From an uncultured Candidatus Micrarchaeota archaeon (GTDB lineage: Archaea > Micrarchaeota > Micrarchaeia > Anstonellales > Bilamarchaeaceae): 64,000 nucleotides of DNA. Shown here piece by piece: positions 18,372 to 29,308 of the stretch. A model generated the notes under the pieces. It did no database searches, was not told the DNA's origin, and saw nothing but the letters and a program-made list of their open reading frames with translations. Numbering within the stretch: position 1 is the stretch's first letter; each line of letters begins with the position of its first letter. The translations under genes and the position numbers were made by a program. The stretch is taken from assembly GCA_963714085.1 (NCBI GenBank), contig OY970229.1, positions 877,348 through 941,347 on the forward strand, read 5' to 3'.

Positions 18372-18956
18372 TCAGGCCTTGGCGTTTTTTCTCCGTCCCG
18401 GCCAATAAACGAAAGCGGTTATGACGCCGCTGAGCAGGACGTCATAGACCGGGTAGAGCGCGATCGTGAAGTTCCACTGGGTTATTGCGAGGAGGTTGAG
18501 CGTGTTGGCCACTACGAATATCGGCCATGCGAGATTGGCCTCCTCCTCCGGCTTGTCCCATGCCTTCTTTATCGTCGGCATGAAACCCATGGCATCCACA
18601 GCCGTGGTGAGGTAGTAGGCCAGGACAGGGTCTTTCGTGATCGCCCAGAGGGCCAACCCCGCACCGGCTCCGACAAGGCAGCATTTCTCGAGCGTGGTCC
18701 AGCCTTCCTCCCCGTACTTCAACGAAAGGATGGCGATTATCGTCATTCCTATGGCGTAGGAGATGGGGACCCAGGCCGTTTCCCTGGCTCCGGAAGCGTA
18801 ATAGCTCGCCGCGATTGTCAGGCCGACCGCGGCCCATACTATCCAGGTCGCTTTACTAGGCTTGGTGGTGCGATTCAGGGTCCCGATTATGTACGGGATG
18901 AAGGCGATGAAGCCGATCACGCCCGCGGCAAGGCCCACGGTAGAAGCGAACGTCAT
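18372..18956 (-). CDS. PQ-loop/SWEET-like multi-pass membrane protein
   Basis: Two repeated halves (FIPYII...KPSKATW and [13 protein letters not shown]...AW). ATGA overlap with the gyrA stop. Confidence 0.65.
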   Translation of the reverse strand: MTFASTVGLAAGVIGFIAFIPYIIGTLNRTTKPSKATWIVWAAVGLTIAASYYASGARETAWVPISYAIGMTIIAILSLKYGEEGWTTLEKCCLVGAGAGLALWAITKDPVLAYYLTTAVDAMGFMPTIKKAWDKPEEEANLAWPIFVVANTLNLLAITQWNFTIALYPVYDVLLSGVITAFVYWPGRRKNAKA

Positions 18957-21376
18957 GGCGCTGCCGCCTGCTCGGCCTTGGGCACCACCGCGAAGCTGGC
19001 CACCTTCTCGCCTTCCTCCTCCTGCAGGCGTATGATGCGCACGCCCTGGGTGTTCCTGCCTATCACGGATATGCCCGTGACAGGGGAGCGGATGGTCTGG
19101 CCCTTGGAGCTCACCACTATGATCTCGTCGCTGTCCAGCACGCCCCTGACGCCGACGACCGCGCCGTTCCTGCCCTCGGTCTTCATGTTTATGACTCCGG
19201 AGCCGCCGCGGCCCTGCAGCCTGTACTCGCTGGTCGCGGTCCTCTTGCCGTAGCCGTTCTCTGTTATCGTCAGGATGCTCGGGTACTTCTTGCACGATGC
19301 CACTCCGACAACGGCGTCGTCCTTGTCCTTGAGCCTTATGCCTATGACACCCATGCCCGCCCTGCCTATCTCGCGCGCCTCGTTCTCGTCGAACCTGATC
19401 GCCTGTCCCTGCTTTGTAGCGATGACAAGCTCCTCCTTGCCGTCGGTCTTTATCACTTCGACCAGCTGGTCCGCATCACGCAGGGTGATGGCCATTATGC
19501 CGGTCTTCCTCGGATGGGAGAAGTTGTCCAGCGACGTGCGCTTGACAATGCCGTTCTTCGTGACCATAACAAGGTATTCCTCGGGCTTGAACTCCGGGAC
19601 CGGGATCCATGAACTCACCTTCTCCTCCTTGAGGTCCAGCAGGTTCACGAGCGACTTGCCTGCCGCGTACCTTCCGGCCTCCGGTATCTGGTACGCCTTG
19701 AGCCAGAACACGCGCCCCTTGTCCGTGAAGAAGAGGATGTGATTATGGTTCCTGACGACGATGACGTCCTGCACGAAGTCCTGTTCCTTGGTCTCTGAGC
19801 CCACCACACCCTTGCCGCCGCGGTGCTGCGTGCGGTATTCGTCCAACCCGACGCGCTTCACGTAGCCCCGGCCGGATATCGTGACGACCACCTGGTCGTT
19901 GGGTATGAGCTCCTCTGCGGTTATCTCGCCTTCCACGTCGACTATGGCTGTGCGCCGTTCGTCCCCATATTTCGCCTTGACCTCCAGCAGCTCGTCCTTG
20001 ATTATCTTGAGTATCTTGTTGACGTCCGCGAGCACGTCTTTGAGCCAGGCGATGGTCTTCACCAGCTGCGCGTACTCGTCCTCTATCTTCTGCCTTTCGA
20101 GTGCTACCAAGCGGGATATCTTCATGTCCAGTATGGCGTTCGCCTGCTTCTCTGAAAGCGTGTAATTCCTCATCAAGCCAGCCCGCGCATCCGCGATGTC
20201 CTTGGTCTTTTTGAGGAACGTGACTATCTCGTCTATGCGCTCCAGAGCGATCCTTAGACCTTCGAGTATGTGCGCCCGCTCCTCCGCCTCTTTGAGCTCG
20301 AACACGCAGCGCCTGCGCACGACCTCCTTCCTGAACTCTATGAACTCGTTGAGTAGCGGGTAGAGCCCGAGCACCCGCGGCTGCTTGCCAACGAGCACCA
20401 GGTTTATGATGCCGAACGTGCCCTCCAGGGGCGTGTGCGCGTATATCTGGTTGAGCACCACCTCTCCGATGGCGCCCCTCTTGAGGTCTATGAGGACCTC
20501 GATGCCGTCCTTGTCCGAGCGGTCGTGCACCCCGGATATGCCCTCTATCTTCTTCACCTTGACGGCTTCGGCTATGGCCTCTATGATGGCGGTCTTCGTG
20601 ACCTGGTAGGGGATCTCGGTTATCACTATCGCATTGCGTTTCGTGTCCACATGCGCCTTGCCCCTCACCCGGATTATGCCCCTGCCGGTCTTGTACGCTT
20701 GGAGAATCCCTGCGCGTCCGACGATTTCTCCTCCAGTGGGGAAATCCGGACCGCTCACTATCATCAGGAGTTTGTCCTCGTCCGCGCCGTCTATGACTGC
20801 AATCGCGCCATCCACTATCTCGGTGAGGTTATGGGGCGGGATGTTCGTGGCCATGCCGACCGCGATACCCGAGGAGCCGTTCACGAGCAGGTTCGGTATC
20901 CTTGATGGCATCACCACCGGCTCCTTGAGCGTGCCATCGAAGTTGTCCGTCCAGTCTACGGTCTCCTTGTTTATGTCCGAGAGCACATCGTCAGCGATTT
21001 TGGCGAGACGCACCTCGGTGTAGCGCATGGCAGCCGGGCTATCCCCGTCGATGCTGCCCAAGTTGCCTTGACCGTCTACAAGCGGATAACGCAACGAGAA
21101 CCACTGCGCCATGCGGACCAACGAATCATAAACTGCCAGGTCCCCGTGCGGGTGGTACTTACCTAGGATTTCACCGACAATACGCGCGCTTTTCTTGTGG
21201 GGCTTGTCATGGTGGTTCGCAAGCTCGCTCATGCCGAAGAGTATCCTTCTGTGTACGGGCTTGAGTCCGTCCCGTACGTCCGGAATTGCCCTCCCGACTA
21301 TCACGCTCATGGCGTAATCGAGGTAGCTCTCGCGCATGTCGTCCTCGATCGTCCGCGGTAATATGGTTTCGGGCAT
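18953..21376 (-). CDS. gyrA: DNA gyrase subunit A
   Basis: [21 protein letters not shown], catalytic AAMRYTE, GyrA-box QHRGGKG and CTD repeats. Confidence 0.98.
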   Translation of the reverse strand: MPETILPRTIEDDMRESYLDYAMSVIVGRAIPDVRDGLKPVHRRILFGMSELANHHDKPHKKSARIVGEILGKYHPHGDLAVYDSLVRMAQWFSLRYPLVDGQGNLGSIDGDSPAAMRYTEVRLAKIADDVLSDINKETVDWTDNFDGTLKEPVVMPSRIPNLLVNGSSGIAVGMATNIPPHNLTEIVDGAIAVIDGADEDKLLMIVSGPDFPTGGEIVGRAGILQAYKTGRGIIRVRGKAHVDTKRNAIVITEIPYQVTKTAIIEAIAEAVKVKKIEGISGVHDRSDKDGIEVLIDLKRGAIGEVVLNQIYAHTPLEGTFGIINLVLVGKQPRVLGLYPLLNEFIEFRKEVVRRRCVFELKEAEERAHILEGLRIALERIDEIVTFLKKTKDIADARAGLMRNYTLSEKQANAILDMKISRLVALERQKIEDEYAQLVKTIAWLKDVLADVNKILKIIKDELLEVKAKYGDERRTAIVDVEGEITAEELIPNDQVVVTISGRGYVKRVGLDEYRTQHRGGKGVVGSETKEQDFVQDVIVVRNHNHILFFTDKGRVFWLKAYQIPEAGRYAAGKSLVNLLDLKEEKVSSWIPVPEFKPEEYLVMVTKNGIVKRTSLDNFSHPRKTGIMAITLRDADQLVEVIKTDGKEELVIATKQGQAIRFDENEAREIGRAGMGVIGIRLKDKDDAVVGVASCKKYPSILTITENGYGKRTATSEYRLQGRGGSGVINMKTEGRNGAVVGVRGVLDSDEIIVVSSKGQTIRSPVTGISVIGRNTQGVRIIRLQEEEGEKVASFAVVPKAEQAAAP

Positions 21377-21385
21377 GTGATCATC

Positions 21386-23275
21386 TCAGATGTCGAGGTT
21401 CTTCACCTGCTTGGCGTACTGCACGATGAACTCCTTCCTGGGCTCCACTTCCTCTCCCATGAGCACGGAGAAGAGCGCGTCCGCCTCCATGCCGTCCTCT
21501 ATATTCACCCTCTTGAGCGTGCGCCTCTCCGGATCCATGGTGGTCTCCCAGAGCTGCTCAGGGTTCATCTCTCCCAAGCCCTTGTATCTTTGGATGTCGG
21601 ACTTCTCCCCCACCTGCTTCAGCACTTCCTGGAGCTCCTGGTCCGAATAGGCGTAGCGGATGGCCTTGCCAGTTTTTATCCGGTAGAGCGGGGGCGTCGC
21701 GATGTAGAGGTATCCTTTTTCGATAAGCGGCTTGAAGTGTCTGTAGAACAGCGTTAGGATAAGGGTCCTGATATGGCTTCCGTCCACATCAGCATCGCTT
21801 GCGATTATTATCTTGTGGTACCTGCATTTGGCGAGGTCAAAATCGTCACCGAATCCTGCGCCTACCGAAAGCACGATGGCCCTTATCTCCTCGGATGTCA
21901 GCACCTTGTGCAGCGGTGCCTTCTCGACATTCAGTATCTTCCCCTTCAGCGGGAGAATTGCCTGGTGTCGCCGATCCCTTGATTGTTTGCTTGAGCCCCC
22001 GGCCGAATCGCCTTCCACGAGGAAGATTTCGCTTTTCGCAGGGTCCTTCTCCTCGCAGTCGGCAAGCTTGCCCGGCAGTATGCTGGACTCGAACACGCTC
22101 TTGCGCCGGATGAGGTCCTTGGCCTTCTGAGCCGCCTCCCTCGCCTCCATAGAGCTCATTATCTTCTGCATGATTACCTTGGAGTCCGAGGGGTTCTCCT
22201 CCATGTAGGTCTTGAGCGAGTCGTAGGCAAGTGAATCCACTATGCCCTTGACCTCTGCGTTACCAAGCTTGGTCTTGGTCTGGCCCTCGAACTGGGGCTC
22301 CGGTATCTTGATGCTTATTATGGCGGTTAAACCCTCAAGCACGTCGTCTCCTGAGATATGCTTCTCCTCCTTCAGGCTCTTGTGGCCCTTCACGTAATCG
22401 TTCATCACCCTGGTCAGGGCGCTCTTGAAACCACTGACATGCGTTCCGCCCTCTATTGTCTTGATGTCGTTGACGAAGGAGTAGATGTTCTCGGAATAGC
22501 CGTCCGTGTACTGCATGCCCAGCTGGATCTCCACGTTGTCCGTGGTCTTCTCGATATAGAACGGCGGGTGGAGCCTCGCCCTGGACTTGTTCAGGTATTC
22601 CACGAACTGCTTTATCCCGCCCTCGTAGTGGAATTCCTCCTGCTGGTCCGTCCTCTCGTCTTTTATCACTATCTTCAGGCCCGCGTTCAGGAACGCAAGC
22701 TCCATGATGCGCTCCCGCAGGTAGTTATAATCGAAATCCGCGACCTGGAAAATCTTCGGGTCTGGCTTGAACCTCACCGTGGTCCCGGTCCTGTCCGTCT
22801 CCCCTATGGGCTTGACCTCGCACTGCGGTATCCCCTTAGCGTACTTCTGGATCCAGATCTTCCCGTCCCTGTGCACTTCGACGGTCATCTCTTCGCTCAG
22901 CGCGTTGACCACCGAGACACCCACGCCGTGGAGTCCTCCGGACACCTTGTAGGCCTTCTTCTCGAACTTGCCGCCTGCGTGGAGTATGGTCATCACGACC
23001 TCCAACGCCGACTTCCCGCTGGCGTGCTTCTCCACGGGCACGCCCCTGCCTTCGTCCATCACGGACACTGAGCCGTCGTTGTGTATGGTGACGTTGATGT
23101 TCTTCCCGTAGCCGGCAAGGTGCTCGTCGATAGAGTTATCTAGCACCTCGTAGACCAGGTGGTGGAACCCCCGTTTGCCAGTGTCCCCGATGTACATGGC
23201 CGGCCTTTTCCGGACCGCTTCCAGGCCTTCCAGGATCTGTATGGATTCGGCTGTGTACCCGCTCTTATCTGCCAT
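21386..23275 (-). CDS. gyrB: DNA gyrase subunit B
   Basis: EVLDNSIDE, GGLHGVG, EGDSAGG, PLKGKILN, DADVDG and YKGLGEMN motifs. Confidence 0.98.
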   Translation of the reverse strand: MADKSGYTAESIQILEGLEAVRKRPAMYIGDTGKRGFHHLVYEVLDNSIDEHLAGYGKNINVTIHNDGSVSVMDEGRGVPVEKHASGKSALEVVMTILHAGGKFEKKAYKVSGGLHGVGVSVVNALSEEMTVEVHRDGKIWIQKYAKGIPQCEVKPIGETDRTGTTVRFKPDPKIFQVADFDYNYLRERIMELAFLNAGLKIVIKDERTDQQEEFHYEGGIKQFVEYLNKSRARLHPPFYIEKTTDNVEIQLGMQYTDGYSENIYSFVNDIKTIEGGTHVSGFKSALTRVMNDYVKGHKSLKEEKHISGDDVLEGLTAIISIKIPEPQFEGQTKTKLGNAEVKGIVDSLAYDSLKTYMEENPSDSKVIMQKIMSSMEAREAAQKAKDLIRRKSVFESSILPGKLADCEEKDPAKSEIFLVEGDSAGGSSKQSRDRRHQAILPLKGKILNVEKAPLHKVLTSEEIRAIVLSVGAGFGDDFDLAKCRYHKIIIASDADVDGSHIRTLILTLFYRHFKPLIEKGYLYIATPPLYRIKTGKAIRYAYSDQELQEVLKQVGEKSDIQRYKGLGEMNPEQLWETTMDPERRTLKRVNIEDGMEADALFSVLMGEEVEPRKEFIVQYAKQVKNLDI

Positions 23276-23410
23276 AAAATTACCATGGATTTTTTGTACT
23301 ATTTCACGACGTAGAATCTGCGGCCATTTCCGTCGCGTTGGTATATCGCAGACAGGCTTTAAATAGCTGCCGAAAAAGCCCTCTTTTGCGGACGCTAAAA
23401 GTAGCCAAAG

Positions 23411-23956
23411 ATGTACGAATACGGTAACTTTTTAAACCTTCAGCGCGTAATCATATTTGGTGATATATTGCCTTCTCATAAAAATGATGGAAAAGACGGA
23501 GCGGGTCGCAAGTGCCAGATCACTCCAGTATCGAAACTTCTCGGTCGATATCCTTGGCGAATCGCAAGTAAATCGGATGAAAAGCCGCCCTTAGCCCCAG
23601 ACCCGGCGCACAGAACTGTTCCTCCGGAAGAGTTGGCACAACGCCGGGAAGGGCAACTGCCGTCGCCCAGAGAACTGGTTCGTGAGTTGGCGCAACGCCG
23701 TTCAGCGTCTGGCTCTTCCGAAACTGGCCCCGTTCCCCGGGCGCCGTCTGTGTCGAGGTTCTTCGGAAATACAGTTCCTCCCTCGTTGGAATACAATCCG
23801 CAAACCGGAAAACCAAGGCATAAGGCGCCGTCTGTGTCGAGATTCTTCGGCATGGGATCCCCATCTGTTCCTTATGGGAGTGGGATGCAGGTGGGCGATA
23901 ACGACAGACGCCAGGAACCCCGCGCCCCGTCCACTGCGAAAGAGCCGGGCAAGTAA
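23411..23956 (+). CDS. Hypothetical disordered Pro/Ser/Arg-rich protein with short repeats
   Basis: APSVSRFFG x2 and ELAQRR x2. The start is uncertain. Confidence 0.45.
   Translation: MYEYGNFLNLQRVIIFGDILPSHKNDGKDGAGRKCQITPVSKLLGRYPWRIASKSDEKPPLAPDPAHRTVPPEELAQRREGQLPSPRELVRELAQRRSASGSSETGPVPRAPSVSRFFGNTVPPSLEYNPQTGKPRHKAPSVSRFFGMGSPSVPYGSGMQVGDNDRRQEPRAPSTAKEPGK
23740..23850 (+). repeat. 27-nt direct repeat (23740-23766 and 23824-23850)
   Basis: ggcgccgtctgtgtcgagRttcttcgg with 1 mismatch. The 84-nt period keeps the reading frame. Confidence 0.85.
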
Positions 23957-24055
23957 AATCTCTTCCAATCCGCTGATTTTTGGTTTTTCAATCAAGCAGC
24001 GCCAGCCATGCGAAATCCTTAAAATCCTCGTTGCCAATCTCCATTGGGTCATTCA

Positions 24056-25369
24056 ATGTACTCAAAGCAGATACTCTCATTATTGAAAAAGAAGGGGATA
24101 GACATCGGCGACGAGGTCAGGCTCGACTCCCCTAAAGGGACTTTCACAGGCCTTCTCATGCCCAGGCCGGAAGGCGCAGAGGACACCTTCGTGATAAAGC
24201 TGGGCAACGGCTACAACCTGGGCATAGATGCGAAAGGGGCCGAGCTCAGCCTGGTGAAGAAAACCCAGCCAGCCAAACCTCATGGAGCCGAGCCAAAGGA
24301 CAGGGGCGAAATCGCCATAATCGGCTGCGGCGGGACGATCGCATCCAAGGTCGAATACCGGACCGGCGCGGTCTATCCGGCCATATCCCCGCGCGAGATG
24401 CGTAACGCGTTCCCGGACGTGGACTCCATCGCCACCATACACACGCGGCAGCTGTTCGAGCTCTTCTCCGATGACATGGCGGTTCCGCACTGGAGCATCC
24501 TGGCAAAGGCAATAGCCGAGGAGGTGAAAGACGGCGCCAAAGGGGTGGTCGTCATGCACGGCACGGACACCATGTCCTACACATCCGCAGCGATCTCATT
24601 TATGCTCCAGGACCTTCCGGTCCCAGTGGTCATCACAGGTGCCCAGCGCAGCTCGGACAGGCCATCCTCAGACAACCGGCTCAACCTCCTGAACGCGGTC
24701 TTCGCAGCGAAGCAGGATGTCGGCGAGGTCGGCGTTTGCATGCACGCAGGCCCGTCTGACGACATATGTCACTTACACCGCGGCACCAAGGTGCGCAAGA
24801 TGCACAGCTCCAGAAGGGACGCGTTCAGGTCCATAAACTCGCCGCCTATAGCAGAACTGGATTACCGCGCATCCAGCTTCAAGCCGCTAACGGAGTACAA
24901 GAAGCGCTCCGTTCCGGGTTCGCTCAAGCTCGACGCCAAGATGTCGGACAACGTGGCCCTTATCCAGGTCCATCCCAGCATAAAGCCCAAATTCATCTCT
25001 TCGCTCAGCTCCTATGACGGAGTAGTGCTCATGGCCACGGGGCTCGGGCATGTGCCGACCAACCCGACCAACGAGAAGCACGCGACCCCTATTTTCCCGG
25101 AGGTCCGCGGGCTCGTGGAATCCGGAATCCCGGTCGTGCTCGCGCCCCAGACCATCTACGGCAGGCTGAACCTCAAGGTCTATACCAACGGCAGGCTGCT
25201 CCTGGACGCAGGCGTCATAGGGGACGGCATGGACTGGACCCCTGAATGCGCCTATGTGAAGTTATCCTGGGTCCTGGGCCAGACCAAGGACATGAAGAAG
25301 GTCAGGCAGCTCATGGAGACGAACATGGCCGGCGAGTTCAGCAGCCGCAGCCCCCTGGAGGTGGACTAG
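24056..25369 (+). CDS. gatD: Glu-tRNA(Gln) amidotransferase subunit D
   Basis: KLGNGYNLG, GGTIAS, HGTDTM, GAQRSSDRPSSD and KMHSSRRDAF motifs. Confidence 0.97.
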   Translation: MYSKQILSLLKKKGIDIGDEVRLDSPKGTFTGLLMPRPEGAEDTFVIKLGNGYNLGIDAKGAELSLVKKTQPAKPHGAEPKDRGEIAIIGCGGTIASKVEYRTGAVYPAISPREMRNAFPDVDSIATIHTRQLFELFSDDMAVPHWSILAKAIAEEVKDGAKGVVVMHGTDTMSYTSAAISFMLQDLPVPVVITGAQRSSDRPSSDNRLNLLNAVFAAKQDVGEVGVCMHAGPSDDICHLHRGTKVRKMHSSRRDAFRSINSPPIAELDYRASSFKPLTEYKKRSVPGSLKLDAKMSDNVALIQVHPSIKPKFISSLSSYDGVVLMATGLGHVPTNPTNEKHATPIFPEVRGLVESGIPVVLAPQTIYGRLNLKVYTNGRLLLDAGVIGDGMDWTPECAYVKLSWVLGQTKDMKKVRQLMETNMAGEFSSRSPLEVD

Positions 25370-27145
25370 ATGGTCAAGATGGGCCTGGAAATCCACCAGC
25401 GGCTCGCGTGCGGCAAGCTTTTCTGTTCCTGTCCCTCAGAGCTCGCGGAGCCCGAGGCGAAGCCAGACCTGGTCCTCAAGCGCAGGCTCCATCCCGTGCT
25501 GAGCGAGATGGGCGAGATAGACGAGGCGTCGAAAGCCGAGTTCGGCAAAGGCAGGACGTTCTCCTACCATGCTTTCAATAAGTCCAACTGCCTCGTGGAG
25601 ATAGACGAGGAGCCGCCCCACGCGCTGAACCCCGAGGCGCTCGCGATAGCGCTGGAGCTGGCGCAGCACCTGAACATGAAGACCGTGGACGAGCTCCATA
25701 TCATGCGCAAGATGGTGATAGACGGCTCCAACACGTCCGGGTTCCAGAGGACGGCGATAGCCGCGTTCGACGGGACGCTCGAGACCTCCAAAGGCTTGAT
25801 CGGCATCCCCCTGCTCGCGGTGGAGGAGGAGAGCGCCGGGATAATGGGGACCGAAGGCAGCGAGGCCGCCTTCAGGCTCGACCGCCTGGGCATACCGCTC
25901 GTGGAGGTGAGCACCACGCCGGACATAAAAAGTCCGGAGCATTTGCTGGAAGTCGCCGAGAAGCTCGGCATGATCATGCGCGCGACCGGCAAGGTCGCCC
26001 GCGGCCTGGGCACCATAAGGCAGGACGTGAACATCTCCACAGAGCGTGGCGCGCGCGTGGAGATAAAAGGGGCGCAGGACCTGAAGATGCTGCCCCTGCT
26101 GGCGCAGAACGAGGTCAGGCGCCAGGACGCGCTTGTCGCCATCATGGACGAGCTGAAGACGCGTTTCGGCGCCAAGATCGTCCTCAACTGCAAGGCGGTG
26201 GACGTGACCGACGCGTTCGCCTCGACCAAATCACAGCTCGTATCCAAAGGGCTCGCTTCCGGGGCTTCGGTCCTCGGGGTCGTCCTTGAAAAACACGCCG
26301 GATTGATAGGCAGGGAGACACAGCCCAACAGGCGCTACGGCACCGAGCTCTCCGACTACGCGAAGTCCGCGGGCGTGAAGGGGATCATCCATTCGGACGA
26401 GGACATGGGGAAATATTCCATAAGCGCTGACGAACTGGCTGCACTGAAGCAGTCGCTCGGCATGAAGCAGGGCGACGCGTTCGTCCTGGTCGTCGCCCCT
26501 GCCGAACAGGCGAGGGCCGCGCTGGCAAGGGTGCTCGAGCGCGCCAGGATGGACTTCATCCCTCCGGAGACCAGGAGGGCCAACCAGGACGGGACCACCA
26601 GCTACATGCGCCCGCTCCCGGGCAAGGCGAGGTTGTACCCGGAGACGGACGTGCCTCCGGTCAGGATAACCAAGGAGCTCCTCAGTTCCGTCTCGAAAGG
26701 CGAGGCGCTGGAGGACAAGAAGGCGCGGCTCCTGAAGCTTTTGGGCAACGCCGAGATGGCTGAGAGGATGCTGCGCTCGCGGAACCTCGCGCTTTTCGAG
26801 CGGCTGGTCAAGGACGGCGCGGAGCCTACGCTGGCCGCAAGCACGCTGGAGAGCACCCTTGTTTCATTGCGAAGGGAAGGCGTGGTGCTGGAGCCGGACA
26901 AGGCCCTGCCCGAGCTCTTCGCGCTCTACAACAAGGGCGCTTTCGTGAAGGCCGCGATCCCTGACATACTGAAAGATGTCGCCAAGGGCAGGCCGCTCTC
27001 CGATGCCGCGAAGGACTATTCGGTAATCAGCGGAAAGGAACTGGAGAAGATAGTCAAGGAACTCGGCTCTGACATGAAGGCGATAATGTCCAAGTACAGA
27101 ACCAGGGTTGACCCTAAGGAACTGGATAAGCTAATCAAGAAGTAG
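25370..27145 (+). CDS. gatE: Glu-tRNA(Gln) amidotransferase subunit E
   Basis: GLEIHQRL, DEEPPH, IDGSNTSGFQRT, RLDRLGIPLVE, GLGTIRQDVN and RLYPETDVP motifs. Confidence 0.97.
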   Translation: MVKMGLEIHQRLACGKLFCSCPSELAEPEAKPDLVLKRRLHPVLSEMGEIDEASKAEFGKGRTFSYHAFNKSNCLVEIDEEPPHALNPEALAIALELAQHLNMKTVDELHIMRKMVIDGSNTSGFQRTAIAAFDGTLETSKGLIGIPLLAVEEESAGIMGTEGSEAAFRLDRLGIPLVEVSTTPDIKSPEHLLEVAEKLGMIMRATGKVARGLGTIRQDVNISTERGARVEIKGAQDLKMLPLLAQNEVRRQDALVAIMDELKTRFGAKIVLNCKAVDVTDAFASTKSQLVSKGLASGASVLGVVLEKHAGLIGRETQPNRRYGTELSDYAKSAGVKGIIHSDEDMGKYSISADELAALKQSLGMKQGDAFVLVVAPAEQARAALARVLERARMDFIPPETRRANQDGTTSYMRPLPGKARLYPETDVPPVRITKELLSSVSKGEALEDKKARLLKLLGNAEMAERMLRSRNLALFERLVKDGAEPTLAASTLESTLVSLRREGVVLEPDKALPELFALYNKGAFVKAAIPDILKDVAKGRPLSDAAKDYSVISGKELEKIVKELGSDMKAIMSKYRTRVDPKELDKLIKK

Positions 27146-27204
27146 CCTGTCGGAATAGGAAAATAAGGAATGAAAGAAAAAAAGATTGGCTGGTTTAATC
27201 ATGC

Positions 27205-27666
27205 CTATGGGTTTGAGCACGATCCGACCATGTCCTTCGCTCCATTCTGGTGGAGGTCGCTAATCCCGCCCTGGTCATATACTATCACGACATTGGCGAA
27301 ATCGAACGTGCCGCTGCACCCAGTGGTTGCCGTGGCTGTCACGGTCCCGACCTGGCCCACTGCGTACGTGGTTGCGTTCATAGCAGTGTTGAAAGCGTTG
27401 GCACCACCGCTGCTTGTTATGGACTTCAGCGTGACCTGCTGTCCAGCCTGGTTCTGGACCGTCATCGTAAGCGTAGTACCGCTGAACTTCCACGCGGTTA
27501 TCGCAAACGGAGACACCCCTGCCCAATAATTCGCGCTCTGACTTGCGCTCACCCCGGTACTCAATGGCGACATGCCGCTGACCAGCGCCACAACGACGAG
27601 GGCAACGACTAGCACGACCGCCAGAATAACGAGATATTCTGTCGAAACCTGTCCTTTCCTAAACAT
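27205..27666 (-). CDS. Type IV pilin (class III signal peptide), paralogue 1
   Basis: MFRKG|QVSTEYLVILAVVLVVALVVV (+1 Gln, +5 Glu). Start trimmed, with its own TATA-like TTTAAAT. Confidence 0.85.
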   Translation of the reverse strand: MFRKGQVSTEYLVILAVVLVVALVVVALVSGMSPLSTGVSASQSANYWAGVSPFAITAWKFSGTTLTMTVQNQAGQQVTLKSITSSGGANAFNTAMNATTYAVGQVGTVTATATTGCSGTFDFANVVIVYDQGGISDLHQNGAKDMVGSCSNP

Positions 27667-27791
27667 TACATCACCAAGGTTACTCCAACAAGTACATTTA
27701 AATATTTTTCCAGCAGGTCGCAAAACCCGATTGCCGTGAAAAAAGCAGAATCCGCAGGGCGCCAGATAGAAAAAGGGAATGCGCCCGGACT

Positions 27792-28247
27792 TCAACTGCA
27801 CGCGCCGACTATGTCCTTGGCCCCGTCCTCATGGAGGTCCGGCAGCCCGCCCTGGTCGTAGACTATCACGACATTGGAGAAGTCGAACGCCCCGCTGCAC
27901 GGGCTGGTAGTGGTTATCGTCACGGTCTGTGTCTGCCCTATGGATAATATAGTGGCGTTCAGGGTGGCGTTGAACGCGCTGCTACCGCCTGTGCTGGATA
28001 TGGACTTCAGCGTGGCCATCTTGCCCCCCTCGTTCTGGAACGTCAGTTCAAGCGTAGTCCCGCTGAACCTCCACGCTGTCAAGGCTAATGGCGATGCTCC
28101 GGCCCAATAATCGGCGCTTTGGCTCTCGCTTATCCCGCTGCTCATGGGTGATATGCCGCCGACCAGCGCCACGACCACGAGGGCGACAGCCAGCACTACC
28201 GCAAGAATAACCAGGTACTCTGTCGAAACCTGCCCTTTCCGGACCAT
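27792..28247 (-). CDS. Type IV pilin (class III signal peptide), paralogue 2
   Basis: MVRKG|QVSTEYLVILAVVLAVALVVV, co-linear and highly similar to paralogue 1 throughout. Confidence 0.85.
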   Translation of the reverse strand: MVRKGQVSTEYLVILAVVLAVALVVVALVGGISPMSSGISESQSADYWAGASPLALTAWRFSGTTLELTFQNEGGKMATLKSISSTGGSSAFNATLNATILSIGQTQTVTITTTSPCSGAFDFSNVVIVYDQGGLPDLHEDGAKDIVGACS

Positions 28248-28294
28248 CCTATCACCAATCCTATTTAGGAGCGGACTATTTAAAAGTGTGACTT

Positions 28295-29308
28295 TCAGGA
28301 GAAAGATGAGAGCATCCCGCCTATCAGCACCCTGGACACCATGAACATGAGTATGGACATGATGATGAACACCGGGGCGTATTTCACCCCGTCCAATGCT
28401 CTCCCGGACATTATCACGCCCGCCAGGCAGGACACCAGGATGCTGGTCATCACGAGCGAGACGTAACCGAGGTTCGTCATGTCCGTGGTCGTGACCAGGA
28501 TGTCGCCGCTGAACATGGGGATGGCGTGGGAGACCGAGATTCCGGCTGTCGCCGTCTGCGCCTTCACCTGCAGGAACATGGCCACGAACTGGCCGGACAG
28601 GGCGAGCAGGAATGGCATTATGATTATGATTATGAAACCGAGGAATATCGCGTAGGTGCGGGTCGAGATGACGAGTTCCGACTGCAGGTCGTGTATCCTC
28701 CTTATGTCCTCGGCAGAGGACACCAGCAGGGAGGCGAGCTTCCCGCCTGAGCGGACCCCCTTCTTGAACACGACTACTACCCTCCGGAGGATGGTGGAAT
28801 CGAAGCGCTTGGAGAGCTCGTCGAGTGCGTCGTTGAGCGATGCGGTCGAGCTCAGGTTCGATGCCGCATGGGTGACCTCCACGGATAATTCGCCGAACTC
28901 AGGCCTGGCCGCCCTCGTGAACGCCACGAACGGAGTCATTCCTGCCCTTAGGTTGGACGCCACAAGCAGCAGGAAGTCAGGAAGAACGGACTCCATCTTA
29001 CTCGCCCTGCCCCTTATGGAATAATACGTGCTCATTTCAAGGACGATCGCACAGGCGACCAGTCCCGCGAGGAAGATATCGAACAGCATGATGTAATCTG
29101 ACATGCTCCAGGGGCCCGCCCTGTGGACCAGGACCGCATACGCCCCGGCAGTCACCAGGCCGTAGAGCAGGTAGAGCAGCAGCCAGCCGCCCGCCACGTC
29201 TATCGGGTCCGCGTGCACTCCTGCCAGCATCTGCTCCTTCCTTATGTGGCTGACGAGGCCTTTCGGAGCGATTGAAGCGATTCTTCTGTAAACGTGTGAG
29301 AAGTCCAT
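28295..29308 (-). CDS. Type II secretion/TadC (ArlJ-like) platform protein
   Basis: LPDFLLLVASNLRAGMTP...ARPEFGELS..E and RSGGKLA motifs plus TM helices. Confidence 0.88.
   Translation of the reverse strand: MDFSHVYRRIASIAPKGLVSHIRKEQMLAGVHADPIDVAGGWLLLYLLYGLVTAGAYAVLVHRAGPWSMSDYIMLFDIFLAGLVACAIVLEMSTYYSIRGRASKMESVLPDFLLLVASNLRAGMTPFVAFTRAARPEFGELSVEVTHAASNLSSTASLNDALDELSKRFDSTILRRVVVVFKKGVRSGGKLASLLVSSAEDIRRIHDLQSELVISTRTYAIFLGFIIIIIMPFLLALSGQFVAMFLQVKAQTATAGISVSHAIPMFSGDILVTTTDMTNLGYVSLVMTSILVSCLAGVIMSGRALDGVKYAPVFIIMSILMFMVSRVLIGGMLSSFS

Noticed and set aside
23740-23850. Possible mini-CRISPR (27-nt repeat)
   Set aside because: Only two copies, in frame within an ORF, and no cas genes nearby.
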